A stretch of DNA of 64,000 bases from an uncultured Alphaproteobacteria bacterium (GCA_902563305.1 CACEWP010000002.1:87066-151065); one strand, 5' to 3'. Numbered from the stretch's first letter, positions 1-9,883 are shown. Made by a program: numbers and translations. Notes: a model not told the origin generated them from the letters alone.

Positions 1-201
1 TTAATGCAAGATATTAAGAACTTTTTGGGTAAAGAAAGAGTTTTTACTACAAAAAAGTTTGATTTTGATCCTTTTTTTATTGAATCTCAGGCTTTTGCTT
101 ATATTTCAGTAAGAACTTTGAAAAATTTACCTTCGACATTTCCTCAAACTACAGGATGTTTAAGAAGTTCACTATCCGGAATTATTTACAATCCAGATTA
201 A
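1..201 (+). CDS. anmK: Anhydro-N-acetylmuramic acid kinase, C-terminal fragment (5' truncated by window)
   Basis: FIESQAFAYISVRTLKNLPSTFPQTTG matches the AnmK C-terminal EAxAFAYLAVR...LPxTFPxTTG motif; the frame is open from base 1. Confidence 0.8.
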   Translation, partial: LMQDIKNFLGKERVFTTKKFDFDPFFIESQAFAYISVRTLKNLPSTFPQTTGCLRSSLSGIIYNPD

Positions 202-830
202 TTCGATTCAATGTATTTTTTAACTTTCTCTATGACTTTTTGTTCATTGTTGGAGAAAAAATGATCTGCTGACTTGACCAACTCGTGTTTTACTTCAATT
301 GATTTTTGCTTATTTAACTTTTTAACAGCTTCAAATACATCGTTATTGTCCACCAAATTATCTTTTTCAGCCGATATAACTAATCCTGAGGCTGGACAGG
401 GAGCTAGGAAATTAAAATCATACTTTCCAACAGGTGGACTTATAAGAACAAATTTTGGAATTTCAGGCCTTCGCATTAACAATTGCATTCCTACCCAAGC
501 ACCAAATGAAATACCACAAACCCAATATTGATTGGATTCTTGATTTTGATTTTGTAACCAATCTAATGCAATAGCGGAATCAGCTAACTCACCTTCACTA
601 CCATCATGTTCTCCATCTGATCTTCCAACTCCTCTAAAATTAAATCTCAGACTTGAGAAACCTAGATCAGAGAAAAACTTATGTAATTTTAGTGATAATG
701 GATTATTCATATTACCCCCATGACCAGGGTGAGCATGGAGTATTAAGACTGAGGGTGAATTGTTTTTATTATTGTGTGTGTAACGGGCTTCGAGTCTTCC
801 GATTGGTCCGTTAAGTAGGATTTCTGGCAT
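198..830 (-). CDS. Alpha/beta hydrolase (family found divergent from cysE/isc in alphaproteobacteria)
   Basis: GRLEARY, HAHPGHGGNMNN, RFNFRGVGRS, nucleophile GISFG, ADHFF. Confidence 0.85.
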   Translation of the reverse strand: MPEILLNGPIGRLEARYTHNNKNNSPSVLILHAHPGHGGNMNNPLSLKLHKFFSDLGFSSLRFNFRGVGRSDGEHDGSEGELADSAIALDWLQNQNQESNQYWVCGISFGAWVGMQLLMRRPEIPKFVLISPPVGKYDFNFLAPCPASGLVISAEKDNLVDNNDVFEAVKKLNKQKSIEVKHELVKSADHFFSNNEQKVIEKVKKYIESN

Positions 831-832
831 TT

Positions 833-857
833 ATACTTGACTAGATTGGTAGGATAT
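833..857. promoter_or_regulatory. Putative IscR type-1 / Rrf2 binding site
   Basis: ATACTTGACTAGATTGGTAGGATAT matches 21 of 25 positions of the type-1 consensus ATASYYGACTRWWWYAGTCRRSTAT; directly upstream of cysE-isc. Confidence 0.55.
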
Positions 858-895
858 AATAATTATGATTGAGTATATAATACAAAATATTAATT

Positions 896-1657
896 ATGTC
901 AAAAAATTTATTAAGCTTGGTTTATTCTGACCTTAAAGCTGCAATGAAAAGAGACCCAGCTGCAAGACATTTTTTTGAAATTTTTTTCACTTATTCTGGC
1001 TTTCACGCAACATTTTTACATAGAGTTTGTAATCTGTTTTGGAGACTTAGATTGAAGTTTCTAGCTAGATTCTTGAGCAATATTTCAAGAATTATAACAT
1101 CTATAGAAATCCATCCCGCTGCAAAAATTGATGAAGGCTTTTTCATTGACCATGGGGCAGGTCTTGTAATAGGGGAAACTACGGTAATTGGAAAAAATGT
1201 TACTATTTATCAACAATCAACTCTAGGTGGTCTAGCACCTTCAGTTGATTCTGATTCACAGAGAAATATAAAAAGACATCCAACAATTAATGATAATGTA
1301 ATTGTTGGGTCTGGAGCTCAAATTCTTGGTCCAGTTACTATTGGAAAAAACTCTAGAATTGGAGCTAATGCAGTAGTTTTGAAAGATGTTCCTGAAAATA
1401 TAACTTATGTAGGAGTACCGGCTAGAAAAGTAGAATCAAAAAATATTGATGAGTCGTTTAATCCATATGGAATGTCAGAGGGAATCATAGATGACCCAAA
1501 TAAAAAAAGCATTCAGGCTCTTTTTGCTGAAATTCATTTGCTTAATCAAAAACTTGACGACATGAGAAAACATATTGATACAACAATAAAACTTCCAAAA
1601 GCAGAGACAATTTCGATAGAAACAGGTAATAAATCAAAATCAAGAAGAGAAAAATAG
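896..1657 (+). CDS. cysE: Serine O-acetyltransferase
   Basis: RDPAAR, IEIHPAAKI, FFIDHGAGLVIGET, KRHPTI, hexapeptide repeats, VGVPAR. Confidence 0.95.
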   Translation: MSKNLLSLVYSDLKAAMKRDPAARHFFEIFFTYSGFHATFLHRVCNLFWRLRLKFLARFLSNISRIITSIEIHPAAKIDEGFFIDHGAGLVIGETTVIGKNVTIYQQSTLGGLAPSVDSDSQRNIKRHPTINDNVIVGSGAQILGPVTIGKNSRIGANAVVLKDVPENITYVGVPARKVESKNIDESFNPYGMSEGIIDDPNKKSIQALFAEIHLLNQKLDDMRKHIDTTIKLPKAETISIETGNKSKSRREK

Positions 1658-1713
1658 TAATTTTTATTAAGGAAAATGTGGAAAAGTTAAAAATAATTTA
1701 CTAAATATAGGAC

Positions 1714-2937
1714 ATGAGTATGAATAAAATGAAAAATATATATTTTGATTATCAGGCAACCACTCCCGTTGATCCCAGAGTGTTGAAAAAAATGATGCCT
1801 TATTTTGCCGAGATCTATGGAAATCCTCACTCTAGAAACCACTCATTTGGTTGGGAAGCTGAAGAAGGTGTTGAAATTGCTCGAGAAAGAGTGGCTCAAA
1901 TAATTGGAGCCAATCCAAAAGAGATTATTTTCACCTCTGGTGCAACAGAATCTAATAATTTAGCTCTTAAGGGAGTTTCAGAGTTTTATGGAGATAAAAA
2001 AAATCATATTATAACATGTGTAACTGAACATAAATGTGTTCTTGAATCATGTAGACACTTATCAGGGAGGGGATTTGATGTCACCTATCTACCAGTCCAA
2101 AGTGACGGTCTAATTAATTTGGAAGAATTGAAAAATGCAATTACTGATAAAACATTGATTGTTTCAATAATGGGTGTACACAATGAAATCGGAGTTATTC
2201 AACCTTTAGAGGAAATTGGAAAAATCTGTAGATCAAGGGATATTTTTTTTCACACTGACTGTGCACAGGCTGTAGGTAAAATAAAGTTAGACGTTGACAA
2301 AATGAATATCGATTTAATGAGTATATCGGGGCACAAAATTTATGCGCCTAAAGGCGTCGGAGCACTGTATATTAGGCGTAAACCTCGAGTAAGAATATCA
2401 TCTATGATTAGTGGTGGCGGTCAAGAAAGAGGTATGAGGTCAGGAACCCTATCTCCTGCATTGTGCGTTGGATTGGGTGAAGCCTGCCACATATACCTTA
2501 ATGAGATGGACAAAGAGAATAAAATATTACAAAAATTTAAAAAAATGATGCTTGATGGTATTAGAAAAGCATGTCCTGATGTTTACTTAAATGGTTCTGA
2601 AAAATCTAGGGTCCCTGGCAATCTCAATTTAAGTTTCGCATATGTCGAAGGTGAGTCTCTTATGATGGGAATTAAGAATCTTGCAGTTTCCTCTGGATCT
2701 GCTTGCACATCAGCATCTTTAGAGCCTTCTTACGTTCTCAAAGCATTGGGTGTTGAAGAGGAATTAGCACATACAAGCTTGAGAATAGGATTTGGTAGAT
2801 TTACTACCGAAAATGAGGTAAGATATGCTACTAAGACTATTATTAACGAAGTCTTGCGACTCAGAGAGCTTAGTCCACTTTGGGAAATGGCTCAAGAAGG
2901 CGTTGATATTAGTAAAATAAAATGGGCACATCATTAG
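1714..2937 (+). CDS. iscS: Cysteine desulfurase IscS
   Basis: [19 protein letters not shown] (PLP Lys), SSGSACTS catalytic Cys, SPLWEM C-terminus. Confidence 0.97.
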   Translation: MSMNKMKNIYFDYQATTPVDPRVLKKMMPYFAEIYGNPHSRNHSFGWEAEEGVEIARERVAQIIGANPKEIIFTSGATESNNLALKGVSEFYGDKKNHIITCVTEHKCVLESCRHLSGRGFDVTYLPVQSDGLINLEELKNAITDKTLIVSIMGVHNEIGVIQPLEEIGKICRSRDIFFHTDCAQAVGKIKLDVDKMNIDLMSISGHKIYAPKGVGALYIRRKPRVRISSMISGGGQERGMRSGTLSPALCVGLGEACHIYLNEMDKENKILQKFKKMMLDGIRKACPDVYLNGSEKSRVPGNLNLSFAYVEGESLMMGIKNLAVSSGSACTSASLEPSYVLKALGVEEELAHTSLRIGFGRFTTENEVRYATKTIINEVLRLRELSPLWEMAQEGVDISKIKWAHH

Positions 2938-2959
2938 TACTTAGAAAGGAAATACAATT

Positions 2960-3349
2960 ATGGCTTACAGTAAAGAACTTTTAGATCATTACGAAAACCC
3001 TAAAAACGTTGGATCAATGGACAAGGAGTCAGAAGAGGTTGGAACTGGTCTTGTTGGAGCTCCAGCATGCGGTGATGTTATGAAACTTCAAATAAAGGTC
3101 AATAAAAAAGGAGTTATTGAAGACGCCAAGTTCAAAACCTTCGGATGTGGTTCTGCAATTGCATCGAGCTCTCTAATTACAGAATGGGTTAAAGGTAAAA
3201 ACTTAGATGAAGCTCACTCAATTAAAAATACTGAGATAGCAAATCATCTTGCTCTGCCACCTGTAAAAATACACTGTTCTATCCTCGCTGAAGATGCAAT
3301 AAAAGCTGCGATAGAAGATTATAAAAAGAAGAATAGAAAAAACAGATAG
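2960..3349 (+). CDS. iscU: Fe-S scaffold IscU
   Basis: GAPACGDVM, FGCGSAIAS, LPPVKIHCS. Confidence 0.97.
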   Translation: MAYSKELLDHYENPKNVGSMDKESEEVGTGLVGAPACGDVMKLQIKVNKKGVIEDAKFKTFGCGSAIASSSLITEWVKGKNLDEAHSIKNTEIANHLALPPVKIHCSILAEDAIKAAIEDYKKKNRKNR

Positions 3350-3367
3350 ATACTATTAAGAAAGATA

Positions 3368-3691
3368 ATGATTACTGTTACCAGCAATGCTGTTAATCAT
3401 ATTAAAAAACTTTTATCTTCCAGAGATAAGAGCTCACATGGTATCAAGCTTGCCATAGAAACTAAAGGTTGCTCTGGATTGTCTTATAGCATGGAATTCG
3501 TAGACACTCCGGACGAAAAAGATGAAGTCCTAAATGTAGAAGACATAAAGATTTATATTGACCCAAAAGCTACTTTATTCCTTCTTGGAACGACAATGGA
3601 TTACGAAGAGGGAGTGCTAGAATCAGGTTTTAAATTTATTAACCCTAACGAAAAAGGTAGATGTGGTTGCGGTGAGTCTTTTCACGTCTGA
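3368..3691 (+). CDS. iscA: A-type Fe-S carrier IscA
   Basis: KGCSGLSY and CGCGESF; position in isc operon. Confidence 0.93.
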   Translation: MITVTSNAVNHIKKLLSSRDKSSHGIKLAIETKGCSGLSYSMEFVDTPDEKDEVLNVEDIKIYIDPKATLFLLGTTMDYEEGVLESGFKFINPNEKGRCGCGESFHV

Positions 3692-3700
3692 CGTTGGATT

Positions 3701-4285
3701 ATGTCTGTTAACTCCATTTGTTGGAATTGTCAAAATACTTTACCGCAAAATATTTTTTTATGCCCAAAATGTAATAAAATTCAACCTCCTAAGCAACTCG
3801 ATGAGTTTAAGTTATTGGGTGTATCAGAAAAATTTGATTTAGATTTAGAAGAACTTGAAAACGCTTATTTAAAACTGCAGCAGTTGTTTCATCCAGATAA
3901 ATTTTCACAACTTTCAGACAAAGAAATAAAATATTCAACATTATTATCCTCTATGATTAATGAAGCATTTCAAAAATTAAATAATTCAACATCTAGGGCC
4001 ACTACTTTATTAAAATTAAATGGATTTAACTCTCATTTAGAAGATAGATCATTTAATGATCCTGAAGTTTTAGAGGAAATAATGGAAATTCAGAATGAAT
4101 TTCTAGAGGCTGAAAATTATGAAAAAAAAAAGAGCTCAATTGAAAAACTAGATATAAGAATTAGTGAAACAACAAATGAATTATCAAGATCATTCAAAAA
4201 TAAAAACTATGAGATTGCCAATAAGTTAAATATCAAGTTATCATATCTAGAAAAAATTAGATTTGATTTTAAAAAGCACTTATGA
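3701..4285 (+). CDS. hscB: Co-chaperone HscB with N-terminal CxxC...CxxC module
   Basis: CWNC...CPKC, J-domain HPDKF, isc context. Confidence 0.92.
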   Translation: MSVNSICWNCQNTLPQNIFLCPKCNKIQPPKQLDEFKLLGVSEKFDLDLEELENAYLKLQQLFHPDKFSQLSDKEIKYSTLLSSMINEAFQKLNNSTSRATTLLKLNGFNSHLEDRSFNDPEVLEEIMEIQNEFLEAENYEKKKSSIEKLDIRISETTNELSRSFKNKNYEIANKLNIKLSYLEKIRFDFKKHL

Positions 4286-6075
4286 ATTTAATAAAAATAA
4301 AAGAACCATTGTCTTCCAATAATAGTTCAAAAATTTGTTTGGGAATTGATTTTGGAACAACAAATTCAGTTTGTTCAGTAAAAGTTAATAATAAACTTCA
4401 TTTTATTACAGATGAGAACGGGAAAAGTCTTATACCAACCTTAATTTTATATGATACAAAAATCAAAAGATTTGGAAATCAGATTATTAAAAATGAAAGC
4501 TATTACAATTCAATTTTTTCAGTAAAGAGAGATTTTACAAGAGATTTTGAAAAAAAAAAATTTGAAGATGAAAATAAAAATAAAATTTCATCAATAGAAG
4601 TATCAAAAGATTTTTTTATTTATTTAAAAAATTTATGCGAAAAAAATCTCAATCATAATATTTTTGATTGTGTGATTACTGTTCCAGCATATTTTGATGA
4701 AAAGGCAAGATCTGGAATAATGAGAGCAGCATTTATGGCAGGTTTAAGAGTAAGAAGACTGATTAACGAACCAACAGCTGCTGCTTTTGCTTATGGACTT
4801 GAAAAAAAGAAGAAAGGTATTTTTTTTGTTTATGATTTAGGGGGGGGGACATTTGATGTCTCATTACTGAAATTATCAGATGGCATATTTAAAGTACTTG
4901 GAACAAGTGGAGATCCAAATCTTGGGGGCGATGATCTTGATAATTTATATGCAAAATGGTTGATAAATAATTCCTTTGGAATTAATTTTGACGATTTAAA
5001 TGAAAAGGAGAAGTTAAAATTAGTAAAAAAATCAAAATTATTTAAAGAAAAACTTACAAATTCTCAATCTTTTGAAGAAGAACTAGAGGTAAATGATTGT
5101 GTTAAAAAAATTAAAATTAATATTGAAGATTTTAATAAATCTATTGAAAAGCTTATTGATAGAACCATTAAGATTTCATCAGAATTGCTTAATGAAGTTG
5201 ATATTCAAATAGATAAAGTAAATGGTTTTGTATTAGTTGGTGGTTCATCTAGAATAAAATGTATTTCAAATAAAATTAAAGAAAATTTTAAAACAAAAAT
5301 CTTTGATGATGTAAACCCTGACCTTGTTGTTTCAAAGGGGGCAGCTCTGCATGGATATGAACTTTTAAATGGCTCTGATAATGTGCTTTTAGATGTAACT
5401 CCACTTTCTCTTGGAATTGAAACCATGGGAGGTTTGATGGAAAAAATTATATCTAGAAATACAACTATACCAGCTATTAAGGAACAAATTTTTACTACCT
5501 ATGAGAATGGACAGACTGCATTAAAGTTTCTTATACTTCAAGGTGAAAGAGAAACTTCAGTGAATAATAGAAAACTTGGAGAATTTGTTTTATCTAATAT
5601 TCAACCCAAACCAGCTGGTATACCCAGAATAAAAGTAATGTTTTCTCTAGATGCAGATGGAATTCTCTTTGTAACAGCATCCGATGAAGAAACTGGTGTT
5701 GAGAATAAGCTCTCTGTAAAAACTAATGATGAACTTAATCTAAATGAAATGAGAAAAATAGTAGAAAGTAGTATTGAGAATGCAAAAGATGATATACATC
5801 AAAGGATGATAATAGAGGCGAAAATAAAAGCACAAAGTTTCTTAAATGAAATTGATGCAGTTAAAAAAGATATTGAATTACTATGCTCAAAAAATGATAT
5901 TAAAATTATCAATGAAAAAGTAGCTATGTTAAAAGAATCTATTAAAACTGATGATTGTGATATAATTAACCAAAGAGTAGATGACCTTAACAAGTCAACA
6001 GAGTCTTTTGCCCAGAAAAGAATTGAAAAAGACTTTTCTGAGGTGGTTGGAAGGGATGTTGAAGAAATAGAGTAA
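4282..6075 (+). CDS. hscA: Hsp70 chaperone HscA
   Basis: GIDFGTTNS, TVPAYF, DLGGGTFDVS, LLDVTPLSLGIETMGG; isc context. Confidence 0.92.
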   Translation: MNLIKIKEPLSSNNSSKICLGIDFGTTNSVCSVKVNNKLHFITDENGKSLIPTLILYDTKIKRFGNQIIKNESYYNSIFSVKRDFTRDFEKKKFEDENKNKISSIEVSKDFFIYLKNLCEKNLNHNIFDCVITVPAYFDEKARSGIMRAAFMAGLRVRRLINEPTAAAFAYGLEKKKKGIFFVYDLGGGTFDVSLLKLSDGIFKVLGTSGDPNLGGDDLDNLYAKWLINNSFGINFDDLNEKEKLKLVKKSKLFKEKLTNSQSFEEELEVNDCVKKIKINIEDFNKSIEKLIDRTIKISSELLNEVDIQIDKVNGFVLVGGSSRIKCISNKIKENFKTKIFDDVNPDLVVSKGAALHGYELLNGSDNVLLDVTPLSLGIETMGGLMEKIISRNTTIPAIKEQIFTTYENGQTALKFLILQGERETSVNNRKLGEFVLSNIQPKPAGIPRIKVMFSLDADGILFVTASDEETGVENKLSVKTNDELNLNEMRKIVESSIENAKDDIHQRMIIEAKIKAQSFLNEIDAVKKDIELLCSKNDIKIINEKVAMLKESIKTDDCDIINQRVDDLNKSTESFAQKRIEKDFSEVVGRDVEEIE

Positions 6076-6078
6076 AAA

Positions 6079-6411
6079 ATGACAAAAATTATTTTTATAG
6101 AACCTAACGGAGATGAAAAAACTATCGAAGCCGAAAATGGCCTTTCATTGCTTGAAGTTGCACATAATAATGGAATTGATCTAGAAGGAGCCTGTGAAGG
6201 TTCCTTAGCTTGTTCTACCTGCCATATAATAGTTGAAAAAAATTTTTTTGATAATTTACCAGAACCCTCCGAAGAAGAGGAAGATATGCTTGATCTAGCT
6301 TTTGGATTAACTCATACTTCACGACTTGGTTGTCAAATTATAATTAATGACAAGCTTGAAGGTATGAAAGTAAGAATACCCTCAGGAACTAGAAATATGA
6401 ATGTTGAATAA
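6079..6411 (+). CDS. fdx: 2Fe-2S ferredoxin (adrenodoxin type)
   Basis: [14 protein letters not shown]...SRLGCQ. Confidence 0.96.
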   Translation: MTKIIFIEPNGDEKTIEAENGLSLLEVAHNNGIDLEGACEGSLACSTCHIIVEKNFFDNLPEPSEEEEDMLDLAFGLTHTSRLGCQIIINDKLEGMKVRIPSGTRNMNVE

Positions 6412-6611
6412 TGAAATTAAAATGGACTGATACAATAGATATAGCTATTCTTTTGGAGGAGAAATATCCGGATAAAGATAATGTAAATTTAAGATTTACA
6501 GATCTTCATACTTGGATTATGGGGTTGGATGAGTTTGAGGATGATCCTGAAAATTCTAACGAAAAAATTCTTGAAGCTATCCAAATGGCATGGATTGATG
6601 AAAGAGATTAA
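6411..6611 (+). CDS. iscX: Fe-S assembly protein IscX
   Basis: LKWTD..DIAI.L...LRFTDLH...NEKILEAIQMAW. Confidence 0.95.
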   Translation: MKLKWTDTIDIAILLEEKYPDKDNVNLRFTDLHTWIMGLDEFEDDPENSNEKILEAIQMAWIDERD

Positions 6612-7758
6612 CGTACAAAAATTTATTGCAGACAATAATCTTCCTGATATTGGAAGTAAAATTGTTGTTGCAATGTCAGGTGGAGTTGATTCGTCAGTGA
6701 CAGCAGCTCTTTTAAAAAATATTGGATACGATGTCATCGGTGTCACCATGAAATTATATGAAGGCTCAAATAAAAAAAATCCAAAAACATGTTGTTCAGG
6801 AATTGACATAGCTGACGCGAGAATGGTAGCAAAGAGTCTTAATATTAAGCATTATGTAATAGATTATAAAGAAAAGTTTAAAGAATCTGTAATAGACAAG
6901 TTTGTTAATAGTTATATTGAGGGCAATACACCAATTCCATGCATTTTATGTAACCAAACAGTAAAGTTTACTGATCTGATTAATTTTACAAAACTGCTTA
7001 AAAGTAATGTTCTAGCTACTGGTCACTACGTAAAAAGGTTGGAAAATGGCGAAGATGTAAATCTTTATCAAGCTGACGATGGATTAAAAGATCAAAGTTA
7101 TTTTCTATTTGCAACAACACAAGATCAATTGAAAACTCTAAGATTTCCGTTGGGAGGTTTTTCAAAAGACTATATAAGAGAACTGGCTTTTAAATTTGGC
7201 CTTTCTAATGCTAAGAAACCTGACAGTCAGGACATTTGTTTTATTCCAGATGGTAATTATCGAGATTTTGTTAAAAAGATAGATAAAACGTCAAGTTTTA
7301 CTGGCGATATAATTAACCTTGAAGGTGAAGTTATAGGTAAACATACAGGAATAATCAACTATACGATCGGTCAAAGAAAGGGGATAGGTATTGGTGGTAT
7401 TAAAGGTCAAAAAGATCGTAACCCTTTTTATGTAATTAAAATTGATAAAACAAAAAACCAAATAACAGTTGGTCCAAAAAACAGACTTAAAAAATATTCA
7501 ATTTATCTTAAAGAATTAAATTTTTTTACAAAAAAACAAACGAATTATGAATTCGATGCATTAATAAAAATACGCTCTGGTCAAAGATTAATTTCAGCAA
7601 AAGTTGAACTAAATAAAGATGATTTAAAAAATGGTGTGGTTAAGCTAGAGGAACCTGAATTTGGTGTTGCTCCTGGTCAAGCTTGTGTTTTTTATAATGA
7701 TTATAAAAAAATGATAGGTGGAGGTTGGATAACATCAAGCGAACTAAAATCTAAGTAA
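6598..7758 (+). CDS. mnmA: tRNA 2-thiouridine synthase MnmA (start re-called at ATG 6598)
   Basis: AMSGGVDSS, PCILCN, ATGHY, KDQSYFL, DSQDICF, TIGQRKG, PGQACV; the track start at 6529 overlaps iscX by 83 nt. Confidence 0.95.
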   Translation: MKEINVQKFIADNNLPDIGSKIVVAMSGGVDSSVTAALLKNIGYDVIGVTMKLYEGSNKKNPKTCCSGIDIADARMVAKSLNIKHYVIDYKEKFKESVIDKFVNSYIEGNTPIPCILCNQTVKFTDLINFTKLLKSNVLATGHYVKRLENGEDVNLYQADDGLKDQSYFLFATTQDQLKTLRFPLGGFSKDYIRELAFKFGLSNAKKPDSQDICFIPDGNYRDFVKKIDKTSSFTGDIINLEGEVIGKHTGIINYTIGQRKGIGIGGIKGQKDRNPFYVIKIDKTKNQITVGPKNRLKKYSIYLKELNFFTKKQTNYEFDALIKIRSGQRLISAKVELNKDDLKNGVVKLEEPEFGVAPGQACVFYNDYKKMIGGGWITSSELKSK

Positions 7759-7833
7759 AAATACATTATAGTTAATCAATTCCTCTATTAATTTTTAAAA
7801 GTTTTGTCAATTAATTTATTAAGATTTATTTGG

Positions 7834-7862
7834 TTGCAAGAATTGTTATTCAACCCTATATT
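7834..7862 (+). promoter_or_regulatory. Putative sigma70 promoter for cytochrome c / PQQ dehydrogenase operon
   Basis: TTGCAA-17 nt-TATATT; a short GGTTG-N14-CAACC inverted repeat overlaps it. Confidence 0.45.
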
Positions 7863-7945
7863 ATCTATATATTTGCGTTTTGCATTTGTACAAACTTATC
7901 TGTAAATCGAGTCTTTTTTCGTTTTACTGTCTTTGGAGGAAGATT

Positions 7946-8257
7946 ATGAAAGTCGTACTATTTGGAATAATATGCTTATCTTTTTTTATTTCAAACGACG
8001 CTTTTAGTGGCGATATTGAAGCAGGGAAGGCAAGATATGCCCAAAACTGTGGTAATTGTCATGGTCCTGGTGGAATGGGATTGGCTAGTTATCCTAAAAT
8101 AAAGGGTAAAGAAGTTTCATATCTCATTGATAGGCTCAAAACTTACAGAGCCGGCACTAAAATTGGACCAAATTCTGATCTTATGATTATGATGGCACAA
8201 CCTTTGTCAGATGTAGAAATCGCGAATTTAGCTGCGTACTTAAATGCGCAAAAATAA
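7946..8257 (+). CDS. Periplasmic monoheme class I cytochrome c (c553/c554-like)
   Basis: GGAGGA SD before ATG 7946, signal peptide, CGNCH heme motif, distal Met region LMIMMA. Confidence 0.9.
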   Translation: MKVVLFGIICLSFFISNDAFSGDIEAGKARYAQNCGNCHGPGGMGLASYPKIKGKEVSYLIDRLKTYRAGTKIGPNSDLMIMMAQPLSDVEIANLAAYLNAQK

Positions 8258-8293
8258 TAACATTTAACATTAATAATAAAGGGAGATTATTTA

Positions 8294-9598
8294 ATGATTA
8301 ATAAATCTAAACTTTTATCAGCAGCGGTTGTAGCTACTGCAGCCCTTTTGGCTTCACCAAGTCATGCTGATACAATGAATACCCCAAATATTAGTGCAAT
8401 GTCTATCATGAATGGTTTAGAAAACCCATGGGATATGGCATTCACTGGTGGTGGTGACATGTTTTACACTGAAAAATGTAAAGGTTTATCAGTAAAAACA
8501 AGCTCTGGTGCTGTTCACGCGCTAGCTGGAATGAAAGGCGCAAAAGGTTATGCAAGTTCAAACGATGACCTTTTCTGCTCAGGCCAAGCTGGTATGATGG
8601 GTGTAGCTGTAGATCCTAATTTTAAGAAAAATCGTAGGATTTATGTTGCTTCAACCTCTGACAAATATCATGGCAGCGGATGTAAGACTAACTTCGAAAA
8701 ATGTGATGGAAACATCATCATGAGAATGGAAGTAAGTAAAGACATGAAAAGCGTTTCAAATCGTGTTGATATTGTAAAAGATATTCAATATAAGCCTTTT
8801 GAATCTAATCATCCATTCGGTGGTCCAGGTGCACACAATGGTAACAGATTACGTTTCGGTCCTGAAGGTTATCTTTGGGCAACTACTGGTGACCGTCATA
8901 GAGGCGTAGTACCACAATCACCAAAGTTATTAGGTGGTAATGTACTGAGAATCGATACTGATGGTAAAGCTCACCCAGGTAACAAACCTCCAAGAGGTTT
9001 TGACAAACGTATGTACACTTATGGACACAGAAATGTTCAAGGTATAGACTTCCGTCCTAGTGATGGAAGAGCATTTACTGCAGAACATGGCCCATGGCAG
9101 AATGACGAAATTACTGCACTAGTAAATGGTGGTAATGGTGGATGGGATCCTCGTCCAAATGTCGGTGGTCGTGGTGATTGTCCAGATAAGTATTGTGGTT
9201 ACATGCCTAATCAAAAAGAAGGTATGCTTCCTGCAAAACGTGCTCAGTTCATGCCTATGAGTGACACACGTTTCAGTGATCTAATGCCACCAGCATGGAA
9301 CAACAATGGTCTATCTCAAGGTACTGGTTCTGCCGCATTCTTAAAAGGTAGTAACTGGGGTTACTGGGAAGGTAGAATGGCTGTTGGAATCATGGGTATT
9401 GGTTTCGGTGGAACACCTTCAGGTATGAGAATTGACGTTGTTGATATTGCCAAAGATGGTCAGTCAATCAAAAGCGTAATTCATATGCCAACTGGCTTAA
9501 CAAAGAGATTCAGAGGACTTCGTCTTGGTCCTGACGGAGCTCTATACGCTGCAGTAGATGAAGGAGAAATCTACAAAATTACTGCAACTGCTAAGTAA
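8294..9598 (+). CDS. PQQ-dependent sugar dehydrogenase (soluble glucose/sorbosone dehydrogenase family)
   Basis: Signal peptide, GLENPWDMAF, HNGNRLRFGP, YGHRNVQG, EHGP, RFRGLRLGPDGALY. Confidence 0.9.
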   Translation: MINKSKLLSAAVVATAALLASPSHADTMNTPNISAMSIMNGLENPWDMAFTGGGDMFYTEKCKGLSVKTSSGAVHALAGMKGAKGYASSNDDLFCSGQAGMMGVAVDPNFKKNRRIYVASTSDKYHGSGCKTNFEKCDGNIIMRMEVSKDMKSVSNRVDIVKDIQYKPFESNHPFGGPGAHNGNRLRFGPEGYLWATTGDRHRGVVPQSPKLLGGNVLRIDTDGKAHPGNKPPRGFDKRMYTYGHRNVQGIDFRPSDGRAFTAEHGPWQNDEITALVNGGNGGWDPRPNVGGRGDCPDKYCGYMPNQKEGMLPAKRAQFMPMSDTRFSDLMPPAWNNNGLSQGTGSAAFLKGSNWGYWEGRMAVGIMGIGFGGTPSGMRIDVVDIAKDGQSIKSVIHMPTGLTKRFRGLRLGPDGALYAAVDEGEIYKITATAK

Positions 9599-9607
9599 AT
9601 ATGTGAT

Positions 9608-9644
9608 TAACTCGTGCTACGAATGTAGCACGAGTTATCATTTT
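9608..9644 (+). terminator. Intrinsic terminator
   Basis: Perfect 13-bp stem TAACTCGTGCTAC-GAAT-GTAGCACGAGTTA followed by TCATTTT, 9 nt after the stop codon. Confidence 0.85.
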
Positions 9645-9768
9645 ATCCTAAAAATACCCTCAAAGAAATTTGTCGACCTCTTGAAACTAGTAAATTTTCC
9701 ATTAACATTCAAACCATATTAATTCATAAAAAGTACTAATGTTTTATAAACTGTATTTCTTAATATTT

Positions 9769-9845
9769 GGCGGAGTAGCTCAGGTGGTTAGAGCAGCGGA
9801 ATCATAATCCGCGTGTCGGGGGTTCAAGTCCCTCCTCCGCTACCA
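9769..9845 (+). tRNA. tRNA-Met(CAT), probably elongator
   Basis: Cloverleaf GGCGGAG...CTCCGCT-A-CCA, anticodon arm GCGGA-ATCATAA-TCCGC, T-loop GTTCAAG; lacks the initiator C1:A72 mismatch and 3GC anticodon stem. Confidence 0.93.
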
Positions 9846-9883
9846 TGAAATAGTTAGCTTAATTCGTACATGGGAGATAAAAA

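Noticed and set aside
1693..1716. Second IscR-like site before iscS (ATAATTTACTAAATATAGGACAT)
   Set aside because: Two nt shorter than the 833-857 site and lacks the GACT core; the AGGA is more simply the SD
6529..6597. Extended N-terminus of MnmA in the ORF track
   Set aside because: Overlaps iscX in another frame; ATG 6598 is more plausible
7885..7894. TTTGTACAAA palindrome as an operator in the cytochrome c leader
   Set aside because: Only 10 bp and AT-rich; no second copy or cognate regulator seen
7880..7945. Extended N-terminus of the cytochrome c
   Set aside because: GGAGGA SD and signal peptide support ATG 7946
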